A stretch of DNA of 64,000 nucleotides from Candidatus Nomurabacteria bacterium (GTDB lineage: Bacteria > Patescibacteriota > Minisyncoccia > Phycocordibacterales > UBA9973). The stretch is from the NCBI GenBank assembly GCA_026395965.1, contig JAPLXS010000006.1:10851-74850 (forward strand). The letters are read 5' to 3'. The notes under the pieces are model-generated. The model was not told the DNA's origin. It worked only from the letters and a program-made list of their open reading frames with translations, and searched no databases. A program made the position numbers and the translations under genes. Below are positions 1 to 11,011 of this stretch, piece by piece; the first letter of the stretch is position 1, and each line of letters opens with the position of its first letter.

Positions 1-25
1 CTAATACAAAAATAGGAATATTTTT

Positions 26-71
26 AAATCTTAACTCGCTTTGCGCTATAGCGTAAAGCGAGTTAAGATTT
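26..71. repeat. 46-bp near-perfect palindrome (one G-T pair, no spacer)
   Basis: aaatcttaactcgctttgcgcta|tagcgtaaagcgagttaagattt read directly. Confidence 0.85.
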
Positions 72-172
72 TCCAAAGAATCAATAACTATAAAATATCG
101 GAATTGCCCACCAACACGTAAGGTTGAATAATCTTTTATATCTACATATTCTTGAATAATCATATATTGCAA

Positions 173-192
173 TTATATCATATGTGATATAA
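173..192 (+). promoter_or_regulatory. Candidate operator TTATATCA-N4-TGATATAA overlapping the promoter region of HTH-murA
   Basis: Perfect 8-bp inverted repeat about 40 nt upstream of a gene carrying an XRE HTH domain. Confidence 0.55.
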
Positions 193-229
193 AATATTAA
201 GTAGATTAATATTAATTATATATAAAAAA

Positions 230-1744
230 ATGCTCAAAAAGCAAACAGAACAGCAAAAGATTGGATATTTTATAAAAGAGCTCAGAGAGCGTCGTAATAT
301 GACACAAGATGCATTTGCGAAAGCACTAGAAACATCTCAGAGTGCTGTTGCTCGTATGGAAAAAGGTGAACAAAATTTTAGCACCGAAATACTAGGAAAA
401 ATAAGTGAGGTATTAAATCATCAAATTGTTTCTATAAATAATTCAATAGACTTTCAGATAAACGGTGGTAGAAAATTACACGGAAGCATAAACACGAATT
501 TCTCTAAAAATGGCTCGGTTGGTCTTCTTTGTGCTTCACTACTAAACAAAGGAAAGACTACTCTTCATGGTATTGCACGAATAGAAGAAGTTTATAGAGT
601 AATAGAATTGATTGAAAGCATCGGAGTTTCTGTAAAGTGGATCAATCATAATTCAGTATTAGTTACTCCTCCAGTTAAGTTTAATATGGATAAGATAAAC
701 GTAGAATCCGCCATAAGAACTCGCTCTGTTATCATGCTTATAGGCCCTCTAATACACCTATTGCCTATGTTCTCTATCCCCCATGCTTCAGGATGCAAAC
801 TAGGCAAAAGGACGATAAGTGCCCATACTTATGCGCTTGAAGATTTGGGAGTTAAAATAAAAACATTAAATACTGAATATAAAATTGAAAGCAAAAAATT
901 AAAACCTGCAGATATTGTAATGTATGAAGCTGGAGATACTGCATGTGAAAATATCTTGACTGCTGTATCAAAAATAAATGGCATCTCAACTATTCGATTT
1001 GCTAGTGCAAACTATATGGTTCAAGAAATATGTTTTTTCTTAGAAAAACTCGGTGTAAAAATAGATGGAATCGGAACATCAACTCTTGTAGTGCATGGAG
1101 TTAAAGATATAAATACTGATATAGAATATTACAATAGTGAAGACCCTATAGAATCTATGATGTTTATCTCTGCTGCTATTGCAACTGATTCAGAGCTCAA
1201 AATATTACGTTGCCCTATAGATTTTCTCTCTCTTGAAATAGAAAAACTAAAACGAATGAGATTAAAATACAAAATTCTTAAAAAGTATAAATCCTACAAC
1301 GAGAGAACAAATCTAGTTGATTTACAAATATTTCCATCTAAGCTCGTAGCACTTGAAGATAAAATCCACGCAAATCCTTACCCCGGTGTAAATATGGATA
1401 ACCTTCCATTCTTTGTACCTATCGCGATAAAAGCAAAAGGACAAACCATGATTCATGATTGGGTGTACGAAAATCGTGCTATATACTTTACAGAGCTCAA
1501 TAGACTAGGTGCTAGCGTCACCCTTGCTGACCCACATAGAGTATATATACAAGGAGGAACCCCTCTTAAAGAGGCTCAAGTAGTTTGCCCTCCTGCACTA
1601 CGTCCTGCCATGATAATACTCATAGGAATGCTGGGAGCACAAGGTACATCTATTTTGCGTAATGTATATATGATCAATCGTGGATACGAAGAGATAGCAG
1701 AAAGACTAAACTCCATAGGTGCTGATATAAAGATAATAAAATAA
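230..1744 (+). CDS. murA: XRE-family HTH fused to UDP-N-acetylglucosamine 1-carboxyvinyltransferase
   Basis: N-terminal HTH (LRERRNMTQDAFAKALETSQSAVARMEKG); MurA motifs SKN, GCKLGKR, YENR, INRGYE. Confidence 0.9.
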   Translation: MLKKQTEQQKIGYFIKELRERRNMTQDAFAKALETSQSAVARMEKGEQNFSTEILGKISEVLNHQIVSINNSIDFQINGGRKLHGSINTNFSKNGSVGLLCASLLNKGKTTLHGIARIEEVYRVIELIESIGVSVKWINHNSVLVTPPVKFNMDKINVESAIRTRSVIMLIGPLIHLLPMFSIPHASGCKLGKRTISAHTYALEDLGVKIKTLNTEYKIESKKLKPADIVMYEAGDTACENILTAVSKINGISTIRFASANYMVQEICFFLEKLGVKIDGIGTSTLVVHGVKDINTDIEYYNSEDPIESMMFISAAIATDSELKILRCPIDFLSLEIEKLKRMRLKYKILKKYKSYNERTNLVDLQIFPSKLVALEDKIHANPYPGVNMDNLPFFVPIAIKAKGQTMIHDWVYENRAIYFTELNRLGASVTLADPHRVYIQGGTPLKEAQVVCPPALRPAMIILIGMLGAQGTSILRNVYMINRGYEEIAERLNSIGADIKIIK

Positions 1745-1751
1745 ATGAATC

Positions 1752-1790
1752 AAAAAAAGATGCAAGGCCTTACGGCTTTGCATCTTTTTT
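1752..1790. terminator. Bidirectional intrinsic terminator between murA and eno
   Basis: A-tract, gatgcaaggcc/ggctttgcatc hairpin, T-tract, between convergent genes. Confidence 0.8.
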
Positions 1791-1802
1791 AATTAAAATA
1801 AA

Positions 1803-3122
1803 TTAAATTTTAAAAGCTTTTTTCCCTAGAAATATAGCTTTGCTCCCTAGTGATTCTTCTATTCTTAACAATTGATTGTATTTAGCAACTCTCTCACTAC
1901 GACAAAGTGATCCTGTTTTTATTTGACCAGTTCCAAGACCTACAACAAAATCTGCAATAGTTGTATCCTCAGTTTCTCCTGAACGATGAGAAACTACTGA
2001 GGTATAACCTGCTTTCTTTGCCATATTTATAGCATCGATTGTTTCAGATATAGTTCCTATTTGATTCAATTTAATCAAAATAGAATTAGCAGACTTTTCA
2101 GCTACACCACGAGAAAGTCTTGTGATATTTGTAACAAATAAATCGTCTCCTACTATTTGAATTTTCTTTCCTATCTTTTTTGTCATCAAAGACCATGCAC
2201 TCCAATCATCCTCAGCCAATCCGTCTTCTATAGAAACTATTGGATATTTGTTTACCCAATTTTCATAAAAGGCTATCATTTCGCTACTATCAAGCTTCTT
2301 CCCCTCTGTATCTAAATTATATTTACCATCTTTATATAGTTCACTTGCTGCTGCATCTATGGCAATACTTATATCTTTCCCTGATGTATAGCCAGCATTT
2401 TTAATAGCTTCAAGTATTATTTCAATAGCGGCTTCATTTGAAGGTAGTGAAGGAGCGTATCCGCCTTCATCCCCTACGGAAGTATTTAATTTCTTTGCTT
2501 TCAAAATCTTTTTCAACTCATGAAATACTTCAGATCCCCATTGTAGTGCTTGTTTAAATGATGCCGCTCCTATTGGCATAATCATAAATTCTTGAATATC
2601 CGTAGAATTTTCTGCATGACTGCCGCCATTTAATATATTCATCATCGGTACTGGAATATACACATCTTTTGTTTTTGATATATCTTTAAAATATTTCCAA
2701 AGTGGCTTATTTTCTGAAACTGATTTTGCTTTTGCAAATGCGATAGATACGCCCAATATTGCGTTAGCACCCAAATTACCTTTATTTTCAGTTCCATCAA
2801 GTTCAATCATAGCTAAATCTAAGGTCTTTTGATTCCAAATTTTACCTTTTATTTTTTTTGCTATAATGTCGTTTACATTTGAAACTGCTTTCAGAACTCC
2901 TTTGCCTCCGTATCTTTTTTTACCAGCTTTATTTTTCAAAGATTTGTCTTCATCTCTTAGCTCCACTGCTTCATGACTTCCAGTTGATGCACCAGATGGA
3001 ACTCCAGCTCTACCAAAAGATGCATCAGAAAGAGTAACTTCTACTTCAATAGTAGGATTACCTCTTGAATCAAGTATTTCACGTGCCCAAACTTTTGCTA
3101 TTTTAACTTCTTTTTTGTCCAT
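1803..3122 (-). CDS. eno: Enolase
   Basis: [30 protein letters not shown] motifs. Confidence 0.98.
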   Translation of the reverse strand: MDKKEVKIAKVWAREILDSRGNPTIEVEVTLSDASFGRAGVPSGASTGSHEAVELRDEDKSLKNKAGKKRYGGKGVLKAVSNVNDIIAKKIKGKIWNQKTLDLAMIELDGTENKGNLGANAILGVSIAFAKAKSVSENKPLWKYFKDISKTKDVYIPVPMMNILNGGSHAENSTDIQEFMIMPIGAASFKQALQWGSEVFHELKKILKAKKLNTSVGDEGGYAPSLPSNEAAIEIILEAIKNAGYTSGKDISIAIDAAASELYKDGKYNLDTEGKKLDSSEMIAFYENWVNKYPIVSIEDGLAEDDWSAWSLMTKKIGKKIQIVGDDLFVTNITRLSRGVAEKSANSILIKLNQIGTISETIDAINMAKKAGYTSVVSHRSGETEDTTIADFVVGLGTGQIKTGSLCRSERVAKYNQLLRIEESLGSKAIFLGKKAFKI

Positions 3123-3146
3123 AATTTTATTTAATTAATTAATAAT

Positions 3147-4565
3147 TTATATAGTTTCAACTGTAATCATATTCGTAGAACCACTTCTTTTGTTGAAAGG
3201 CATTCCTCCCGTAATAACAATTATATCTCCTTTTTGTACAATTTTTGTTTTTAAACAATAATCCTTTATGTGCTTTGTAGTTTCTTTAAAAGAACCAAAA
3301 GATGGGATAAGCACAGGAACACACCCAAAAGAAATAGATATCTGATTTGCAGTAATTTGATTTGGTGTCAGAGTAAGTATTGTTTGCAATGGTTTATAGC
3401 GAGAAACCATTCTTGCAGTGTAGCCAGTTTCAGTTAAAGCTACTATAAATTTTGCGCCTAGGCTTGATGCTGTTTTGACAACTGCTTCAGTAATAGAATC
3501 AGTAATTTCTCTACTCTCATCTTCATTTTTATTTTCACTCAACTTTCTAACTGGATAATGATGCTCTATTTCAAAAGCCACTTTTGACATTATATTTACT
3601 GCTTCTAGTGGATATTCACCCAATGTTGTTTCTTCTGAAAGCATTATGGCGTCTGTACCATCCAAAATAGCATTTGCAATATCAGATACTTCAGCACGAG
3701 TTGGTACTGGAGATTTTATCATTGATTCAAGCATTTGAGTTGCAGTAATAACAATCTTGCCTGCGTCATTACATTTCTTTATTATCATCTTTTGGATCAA
3801 TGGTACTTTTTCTGCTGGTACTTCGATAGCGAGATCGCCACGAGCAACCATAAGACCATCGCATAGCTCAAGTATTGCATCAATATTTTTAACAGCTTGA
3901 GGTGTTTCTATTTTTGCAATTATTCTTGCTTTTGATTTTCTTTTATTTAAAATATTACGAAGTTCTGTGACATCACTAGGATTTCTTATAAATGAAAAAG
4001 CAAAGAAATCAACTTTATTTTTTAATCCAAATTCAATATCCTTAATATCTTTTTCAGTTAAACAACTCATTGAAATTTCGGAATCAGGCAAGTTAACTCC
4101 TCTGCGTCCTTTTGTGATACCACCTACTACTATTTTACATAGAACTTCTTTACCTTTTATACTTATAACTTCAAATCTCTTCTTTCCATCGTCTACCATT
4201 ATATTGTCACCTGCTTTTACTTCTTTTGGAAATAGTGGATAGTTTATAGAAACATTTTTTTCATCCCCAACAATCTTTTCTGTTGTTATAGTAATAGTAT
4301 TACCCTTTTTAAGCTCAACTGTCTCTTGATAAAACTCTCCTAGTCTTATTTTAGGACCTGAAAGATCTTGCATAATAGCGCCGATAATACCAGTTTTCTT
4401 CATAGCACTTCTGAAATTATCAACTTTTTCTTGATGTTCTTTAAAATCACCATGAGAAAAATTTAAACGCATAACATTTAAACCTGCTTTTAGAAGCTTT
4501 GTTAGCATTTCTTCAGAAGATGTGGCTGGACCTATAGTAGCTACGATTTTTGTTTTTTTAAACAT
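3147..4565 (-). CDS. pyk: Pyruvate kinase (start moved to MFKKTK)
   Basis: KTKIVATIGPA, RLNFSHG, MVARGDL, ATQMLESM. Confidence 0.97.
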   Translation of the reverse strand: MFKKTKIVATIGPATSSEEMLTKLLKAGLNVMRLNFSHGDFKEHQEKVDNFRSAMKKTGIIGAIMQDLSGPKIRLGEFYQETVELKKGNTITITTEKIVGDEKNVSINYPLFPKEVKAGDNIMVDDGKKRFEVISIKGKEVLCKIVVGGITKGRRGVNLPDSEISMSCLTEKDIKDIEFGLKNKVDFFAFSFIRNPSDVTELRNILNKRKSKARIIAKIETPQAVKNIDAILELCDGLMVARGDLAIEVPAEKVPLIQKMIIKKCNDAGKIVITATQMLESMIKSPVPTRAEVSDIANAILDGTDAIMLSEETTLGEYPLEAVNIMSKVAFEIEHHYPVRKLSENKNEDESREITDSITEAVVKTASSLGAKFIVALTETGYTARMVSRYKPLQTILTLTPNQITANQISISFGCVPVLIPSFGSFKETTKHIKDYCLKTKIVQKGDIIVITGGMPFNKRSGSTNMITVETI

Positions 4566-4693
4566 AAAATAAGATTGTCTATTTAATAATAAAAGATAAA
4601 GATACTTAAAAGTAAAATTACGCAAAAACATTATATCATAAACTAGATTTATATGAATAATTTATATTATATTTTAAAAACGATAGAAAATAA

Positions 4694-5461
4694 CTAAATT
4701 TTTCTAACTTCAATACACATAAACATGGGTATTTCTTTACGAGCTTTATCTTCTGCTAGTTGGCGAGGACCTGAGCCACTTTGTTTGTGGGATATCCATT
4801 CTTCAAGACGAGTTATAGCAAAATTATTTTTAGATAGTAATTTCATATAAAACTGGAGTGAACGATGAAAAGATATTGTATTTATTTTCTTCTTAATATT
4901 TTTTTCTCCCGGGGTCATATCTATAGACAATTTAGATTCGGAAAGGTATTTATGAATTATTCTTGATTGTATTCCATTTTCAAAATACCAGTCACTACCT
5001 TGAGGTACTCTGAAAGCTGGATGATTTAGAACCAAAACAATACGTCCATTTTTTTTAAGAATCCTATTGCACTCAGCAAAAACATCACCAACATTTTCGA
5101 TGTTTTGAATAGCTAAAACTACAACAACAGTATCAATAGTATTGTCTTTTAGAAACTGAGATCTATGTGCTGGAGATATATAAAATGATATTTTTTCTTT
5201 AGAATTCTTTTTGGCAGTTTCAATAAGTTTTTTGGATAAATCAGAAGCTACAACATTTGCTCCTTCATGGGCAAAAATATTAGCAAAATAACCCTGACCA
5301 CAAGCAAGGTCGAGTACTGTTTCTCCTTTATTTAAATTAAGAAATCTTAACAGATTTGGCAAAATAACTTTAGCTTGATAACTATCATCATTTTTCAATA
5401 ACTCGTCGTACCAATCAGCTACTTTGTTCCAAGATGTATCATTATTTTTGGATATTTTCAT
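4694..5461 (-). CDS. Class I SAM-dependent methyltransferase
   Basis: VLDLACGQG motif I. Confidence 0.85.
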   Translation of the reverse strand: MKISKNNDTSWNKVADWYDELLKNDDSYQAKVILPNLLRFLNLNKGETVLDLACGQGYFANIFAHEGANVVASDLSKKLIETAKKNSKEKISFYISPAHRSQFLKDNTIDTVVVVLAIQNIENVGDVFAECNRILKKNGRIVLVLNHPAFRVPQGSDWYFENGIQSRIIHKYLSESKLSIDMTPGEKNIKKKINTISFHRSLQFYMKLLSKNNFAITRLEEWISHKQSGSGPRQLAEDKARKEIPMFMCIEVRKI

Positions 5462-5520
5462 ATTTTTGATTATAGCATTTATTTAAATTTTGGTCTTTAA
5501 AATAGATAAATAATTCAATT

Positions 5521-5612
5521 TTTAGACGTCCAACGTCTAATATATTTAAAAGGTAGTCGAAAAATATGCTTATAAAATAAGGTATATTTTTTTAGACGTT
5601 GGACGTCTAAAA
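5521..5612. repeat. REPIN-like inverted doublet of a REP-like palindrome (family A)
   Basis: ttagacgtCCAacgtctaa near 5522 and its reverse complement ttagacgtTGGacgtctaa near 5592. Confidence 0.8.
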
Positions 5613-5621
5613 ATCTAACGG

Positions 5622-7100
5622 TTATTCAACTATAGACATATCTTCAGGTCGAATTTCAGAACCTACATAATCAGCTTTATTGTCCTTTCTTTTTATCATT
5701 AAAAAAGCAGCTATACCCATACCAACAATTATAGTTAGGCCAATAAACGCATAAGTCCCATTTGAAACATCAACTCCAGATTGCGATGCATTTGCAGATA
5801 AGTCATTTAGATTTATTATTTGAGAATCTTTAGATTGAGAATTATTATTTATTTCATTTAAAATAGCAGGGTTATCATTTTTTTGATTATTAAATTGTGA
5901 ATTTTTCTGTACAGACTTTTTTGCAATAGTCGGATAAGAAGCTATAACTTCTTTTTTAATATTTGTTATTACAACTGAACCGATATCTTCTCCTGTAAAT
6001 CCAGTTATTTTAGGTGATAATTTTATTTTCTTTCCAGGCAAAAGTGTTGTGCCTTCTGGAATGATAAAATAATGAGTTCCAGCTGTCACTATCCAATTTG
6101 AAAGAGTGATGTCGTAATTGGATTTATTTTCAAGTTCAATAAAAGGATTTGTCTCATCTCCAACTGAACTTATATAAATTTCAGATGCTACAACTTTTAT
6201 AATAATTCTATTTGTAGCATCGGCTTGTTTATTGAAATTATTACTATAATAAGAAAGCGTCATTGAATATTCACCAGGATATTCATAAGTATATTCAAAT
6301 GGACCAGCTCCATTTACTTGATTAATCATCCCATTTCCAAAATTCCAAACCATTTTACCAAAAGCATAAGTATCTCCTTTGTTTGTAGTAGTTTGAGAGC
6401 TAAACAAAAAAGGAATTCCAGCTACGACAATTTTAGGTGATATTATTTTTGTTGTTACTTTTAAAACTCCTGAATCTTTATTGGAAACATTAGAGCTTGT
6501 GCTGATTGAATTTGAATTAGAATAAACAGTATCACTTGTGCTATTTGTACTCGTAACTGCATCCGTATTTGGATTTGTATTACTTTGGTTGGTTCTTCCT
6601 GGTGTTGGCATACCACTACCCCATTCTCCATTTATTTTAGACAATGAACTTTTTGACGCTTTACTTCCTCCGTTTGCAACATCATATGTCGTATAATCCA
6701 ATATTGTTTTATTGGCATCAGAAATAGCTATATAAGTGTTGTCTCCACTATCAGGCAATGAAAGTGCAGATGAGCTAAATATCATATCTGAAAAATTTAA
6801 CCAACTATAATCAGATAAGCTTTTTGCGATAACAGCATATTTTGAAGGCTGCAAAATAGAAGTACTACCACTCTTTAAAGAAATAGGGCTTGAATTTGTT
6901 TCTCCATGAAAAAATCTATATTTATTTAAATCAACAGGAGTAGAACCATTATTATATATTTCCACCCATTCATAATTCGAACCACCTTCTGGAGAATACA
7001 TAATCTCGCTAATTTCAATATTAGCATAAGCAAAATTTACCCAAGAAAAAAATATGGTAAATAAAATAATATTTTGTTTTGATGTTTTTGTTAAAAACAT
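5622..7100 (-). CDS. Membrane-anchored surface protein with lamin-tail and PKD-like domains
   Basis: Signal peptide; ISEIMY..EWVEIYN; WNFGNG..YEYPGEY; FIELENKS; C-terminal TM helix. Confidence 0.75.
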   Translation of the reverse strand: MFLTKTSKQNIILFTIFFSWVNFAYANIEISEIMYSPEGGSNYEWVEIYNNGSTPVDLNKYRFFHGETNSSPISLKSGSTSILQPSKYAVIAKSLSDYSWLNFSDMIFSSSALSLPDSGDNTYIAISDANKTILDYTTYDVANGGSKASKSSLSKINGEWGSGMPTPGRTNQSNTNPNTDAVTSTNSTSDTVYSNSNSISTSSNVSNKDSGVLKVTTKIISPKIVVAGIPFLFSSQTTTNKGDTYAFGKMVWNFGNGMINQVNGAGPFEYTYEYPGEYSMTLSYYSNNFNKQADATNRIIIKVVASEIYISSVGDETNPFIELENKSNYDITLSNWIVTAGTHYFIIPEGTTLLPGKKIKLSPKITGFTGEDIGSVVITNIKKEVIASYPTIAKKSVQKNSQFNNQKNDNPAILNEINNNSQSKDSQIINLNDLSANASQSGVDVSNGTYAFIGLTIIVGMGIAAFLMIKRKDNKADYVGSEIRPEDMSIVE

Positions 7101-7106
7101 GAATTA

Positions 7107-9296
7107 TTATTCTAATACCTTACGAAGAACATCTTCTGGGACTTCTCTTTTGGCTTTTGGCTTTTGCCAGGCTATATTTTTATCTTCATCTTGTTTTATT
7201 TCTTTTTCTTCTTTTGATGGCTCTTCTTTTTTTACAATATGAATTTTATTGGATTCTTTTATTTCATCTATCTCTTTTTCAATCTTGGGTATTATCACAG
7301 GTTCTGATTTTACTGAAACTTCTTCTTTTATTTTTTTATCATTTATATCTGTATCTATTTTTTGAGACATAGCAGCTCTTGCAAGAACATCTTTTAATGA
7401 TGTTTTGTTCTCTTCTGATGCTTCTTTGGACGGTAGTGTACTTGAATACTTATTATTTGTATCATGTTTTTTAAGAGAAGAAAGAGATATTGGAGCTATA
7501 TTTGGAGCTATAGTCCCCTCTGTTATAATCTTTTCTTTAGCCGATTCAGTCTTTGCTTCTTTTGCTATTTGTTCTAAAAGCCCTTTTAGCAAAGGAGATG
7601 GTCCTGTATGTTTCTTTTTGTCTGCAACAGGAGCAGAAACAGTAGATGCAACAATAGGTTTTTGCACAAAAACCTTTGGGTTGGGTTGTGTATCTTTTTT
7701 AAAATTATTAGGAAAATTATTTTTTGAAGGAATCGTTGCTTTTACCTCAACTGGTTTAAATTCTATACCCAAAGCAGCAAGTGGTGCAGTCGAAACTTTT
7801 TCTTCTTGATTGGCAGAGCGAGATGCCACAAATCCAGTCTCTGGTTTTAACTCACCACTCTTAATTTTGAACATACATTCTTTACAGTAAACAGGCCTTC
7901 CTTCTTTTGGTTCAAAAGGAACCATTGTAGATTTTTTACAATTTGAACAATCTGCTTTGTATTTAGCATCACCTTCTCCAACTTGCAACATACCACTCCA
8001 TCTTGATATTTCGTTTTCAACCTCCTCTCTTGGACGAGTAAATAAATTACGTGAAGATTCTATTATTTTTTCTTTAACACCTTTCGAGACATCTATTTTA
8101 ATAGGAGGAAGAGTTGTAGCAGAAAATGGACGACTAGTAATACCATCGATCATAAGTTTTAGATAAATATTGTAGTTAGGAAGATTTACTAGATCCTGAG
8201 CTACAAATTCTGGTTCAAATTCTTTTTCTAGGAAATCAGCGTCATCTGCACCAACACGAAATACAATCATGGTACCTACGTTACCAAAAACAGCATCACG
8301 GACTTTTGAACCATCTTTATTTTCTAGTTGAGCGGTATACTGGTGAGCAACTGTTAGGTTGAGTCTGTATTTACGAGCTTCAGATAGAATATTTGCAAAT
8401 GAATCTGTTGCAAAGTTTTGGAATTCGTCAACATAAAGATAGAAGTCTTTTCTATCTTCTTCTGGTATACGAACACGCTCCATAGCAGCAAGCTGAATCT
8501 TTGTAATAATCATACCTCCTAAAAGAGCAGAGTTATCTTCTCCAATACGCCCCTTTGAAACGTTTACAAGGAAAATCTTTCCTTCATTCATTATTTTGAA
8601 AATATCAATCGTGGATTTTGGCTGACCTAAAACATTTCGAATAATAGAAGTAGAAAGAAACTGCCCTACTTTGTTTTGAATAGGAGCTATCGCTTCATTA
8701 CGAAATTGATCACGCCATTGTTCGTATTCATGAACCCAAAAAGCCTTTACTACTGGGTCTTTTAAGTTGGCTATTATCATCTGGCGATAGTCTTTATCTA
8801 CGAGCAATCTTGGAATACCAAGAAGAGTAGTTCCAGGAGTATCGAGCAGGGCGAGAATAGAATTATTTAAAATATATTCCATACGAGAACTCCAAGCATT
8901 GGCCCAAATCTTTGTGAAAATACCCATAAGACCAGAAGCTACTAAGTGCTTGTACTTTGGGTCGTCTATCTGAAGAACATTGAACCCAATATGAAAGTCT
9001 GTATCTGCTGGGTTGAAATATATAACATCTTTAATTCTATTGTCTGGAATAAGATGCAATATTTCTTCTACAAGTTCACCGTGTGGATCCACAACACAAA
9101 CACCCTCACCGTTTTGAATATTTTGAGCTATAAGGTTAGATAGAAGTACAGATTTACCAGTACCTGATTTTCCAAGTATATACATATGTTGACGACGGTC
9201 TTTTCTTTTTACGCCGAAAACATTATTGCTACTACGAAAATTCGTCTTAGCAAAATAAGTTATATCTCTATTTTGTGGAATTTCATCTTTGTCCAT
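7107..9296 (-). CDS. VirD4/TraG/TrwB-like ATPase with CxxC-x17-CxxC zinc ribbon and low-complexity tail
   Basis: GKSGTGKS Walker A, DPHGE, YVDEFQ, SEARKY; CSNC..PVYCKEC. Confidence 0.85.
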   Translation of the reverse strand: MDKDEIPQNRDITYFAKTNFRSSNNVFGVKRKDRRQHMYILGKSGTGKSVLLSNLIAQNIQNGEGVCVVDPHGELVEEILHLIPDNRIKDVIYFNPADTDFHIGFNVLQIDDPKYKHLVASGLMGIFTKIWANAWSSRMEYILNNSILALLDTPGTTLLGIPRLLVDKDYRQMIIANLKDPVVKAFWVHEYEQWRDQFRNEAIAPIQNKVGQFLSTSIIRNVLGQPKSTIDIFKIMNEGKIFLVNVSKGRIGEDNSALLGGMIITKIQLAAMERVRIPEEDRKDFYLYVDEFQNFATDSFANILSEARKYRLNLTVAHQYTAQLENKDGSKVRDAVFGNVGTMIVFRVGADDADFLEKEFEPEFVAQDLVNLPNYNIYLKLMIDGITSRPFSATTLPPIKIDVSKGVKEKIIESSRNLFTRPREEVENEISRWSGMLQVGEGDAKYKADCSNCKKSTMVPFEPKEGRPVYCKECMFKIKSGELKPETGFVASRSANQEEKVSTAPLAALGIEFKPVEVKATIPSKNNFPNNFKKDTQPNPKVFVQKPIVASTVSAPVADKKKHTGPSPLLKGLLEQIAKEAKTESAKEKIITEGTIAPNIAPISLSSLKKHDTNNKYSSTLPSKEASEENKTSLKDVLARAAMSQKIDTDINDKKIKEEVSVKSEPVIIPKIEKEIDEIKESNKIHIVKKEEPSKEEKEIKQDEDKNIAWQKPKAKREVPEDVLRKVLE

Positions 9297-9374
9297 ATAT
9301 TGTTTTTATTATACTCTATTTTTTGTAAATAAAAAAACACCACACGAGGTATGTGGTGCTTAAATTAATTAATT

Positions 9375-10202
9375 TTAAAGATAAGGTATTATCTTTAAAA
9401 CATAGTGCCTTAATCCAGCAATAAATATGGGTATTTTAGCTGATATATAATTTTTATACATCAAAATAATCCAATCTTCTTCTTGGTCAACTGGGGTATT
9501 ACATATATATGCAATAAACCTTCCGTCATCAAATTTTTCATTTACAAAATGTAATGTTGCTCCTGTGTAAACAGGACCTCCATTTTCTCTTGCAAACAAA
9601 ATTGCATCAAAATAAGGTGCTTTTCCTCTAAAACAAAAAGGTTTATTTATTAAAGTAGGACCTGGATGAATATTAATAACTCTATCGGGCATAAATTTAA
9701 ATAAATATTCAATTTTAGCCATGTACGAATCGAGTATCAATACATCTGCTTCAACCTCTTTTATTTTCTGAAATACAGAAAGTTCAAAATTATATTTTGC
9801 TTCCTTTCTTCCTTTAACATCATCTTTAGATAACTTTCTAAACAATGAAGGTATATTCCAAATACTATCTTCTGGCAATAACTTCGTTGGAAAAATCCAA
9901 GAATCATTGTCTGAAGGAAAGAGAGGAAACTCCCCCTTTAGATCTTCCAAGGTGTCATCATATATAACACCTTTAACCTCAATAAGTCCTTCCAAGATTC
10001 CACCAATAGCAGTTTCTTCTAAGGTACTCTCAATAACTCCCTTCACATAGCGATCAATTCCATTAATATTTAGAAATTGTCCATTGCGTTCTTCCAGAGC
10101 TATGTCTCGAAGTGATGTCATAAACACAATCTTTAAAGGTCTTTCAGGAGTTTTTTCTTTTATAAAATTTTCATCATAAAAGAGCAATGCACCTTCTTTC
10201 AT
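9375..10202 (-). CDS. Formyltransferase-fold protein (PurN/PurU-like)
   Basis: VINIHP and TGATLHFVNEKFDDG motifs. Confidence 0.7.
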   Translation of the reverse strand: MKEGALLFYDENFIKEKTPERPLKIVFMTSLRDIALEERNGQFLNINGIDRYVKGVIESTLEETAIGGILEGLIEVKGVIYDDTLEDLKGEFPLFPSDNDSWIFPTKLLPEDSIWNIPSLFRKLSKDDVKGRKEAKYNFELSVFQKIKEVEADVLILDSYMAKIEYLFKFMPDRVINIHPGPTLINKPFCFRGKAPYFDAILFARENGGPVYTGATLHFVNEKFDDGRFIAYICNTPVDQEEDWIILMYKNYISAKIPIFIAGLRHYVLKIIPYL

Positions 10203-10333
10203 TTTAACTATTTTTTTGTTAAAAAATACTGAATTAACAGTTTCTAGTCTATCTAGATTTTAAACTACTATACAACTAATATAAATAAATGTAAAGGTTT
10301 TATTAATGTTTATATATTTGTTAATATTTGGGC

Positions 10334-10990
10334 ATGATATTCCAAAATTTTCAAAATAAAACTTTCGGTTATTTAAATCTAGATACAGAATCCCTAGACT
10401 GGTATAAAGAAAAAAATATAAATATTGATGATAAAAATATACTCCTTGACCCATATATATGCCAAGAATTTATAGATTATTTACACAAAAAATATTCTCT
10501 TGATTTTTCATATGGAGGATGGATGGAAGATAGAACTCATTTTTTAAAAGATTCATACCTAGAAAATGGAGACAAGTTTATTCATCTAGGAATAGATATA
10601 AATGTTCCAACCAATACAGAAGTTGCTACTGATTTCAAAGCTGAGGTTGTAAAAGTTGGAGATGATTTTGAGGTAGATGCAGGATGGGGGCCACATGTTA
10701 TACTAAAACATCTATCACAACCTATTTATATTATTTACGGTCATTTAGATAGAAATATATTATGCAAAGTTGGTGACATATTAGACAAAGATATTATCTT
10801 TGCAAAAGTAGGATTCCCTCCCCAAAATGGCAATTGGTTCCCTCATGTTCACGTCCAATGTATTAGTTCTCTATATTACGAAGAAATAAAATCCGATATA
10901 GACAAACTTGATGGATATGGTTTTAAAAATGAAATGGAATTAAATGCAAAAAGGCATCCTGACCCTATGGAATTTATATCGTTAAAGTAA
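10334..10990 (+). CDS. M23-family metallopeptidase domain protein
   Basis: HLGIDI, YGHL, PHVHVQ. Confidence 0.8.
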   Translation: MIFQNFQNKTFGYLNLDTESLDWYKEKNINIDDKNILLDPYICQEFIDYLHKKYSLDFSYGGWMEDRTHFLKDSYLENGDKFIHLGIDINVPTNTEVATDFKAEVVKVGDDFEVDAGWGPHVILKHLSQPIYIIYGHLDRNILCKVGDILDKDIIFAKVGFPPQNGNWFPHVHVQCISSLYYEEIKSDIDKLDGYGFKNEMELNAKRHPDPMEFISLK

Positions 10991-11011
10991 AAAATTTAAT
11001 AAAAAATTATT

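Noticed and set aside
2915-2950. Short insertion in enolase (SLKNKAGK)
   Set aside because: The underlying DNA is not palindromic and does not match the repeat families.
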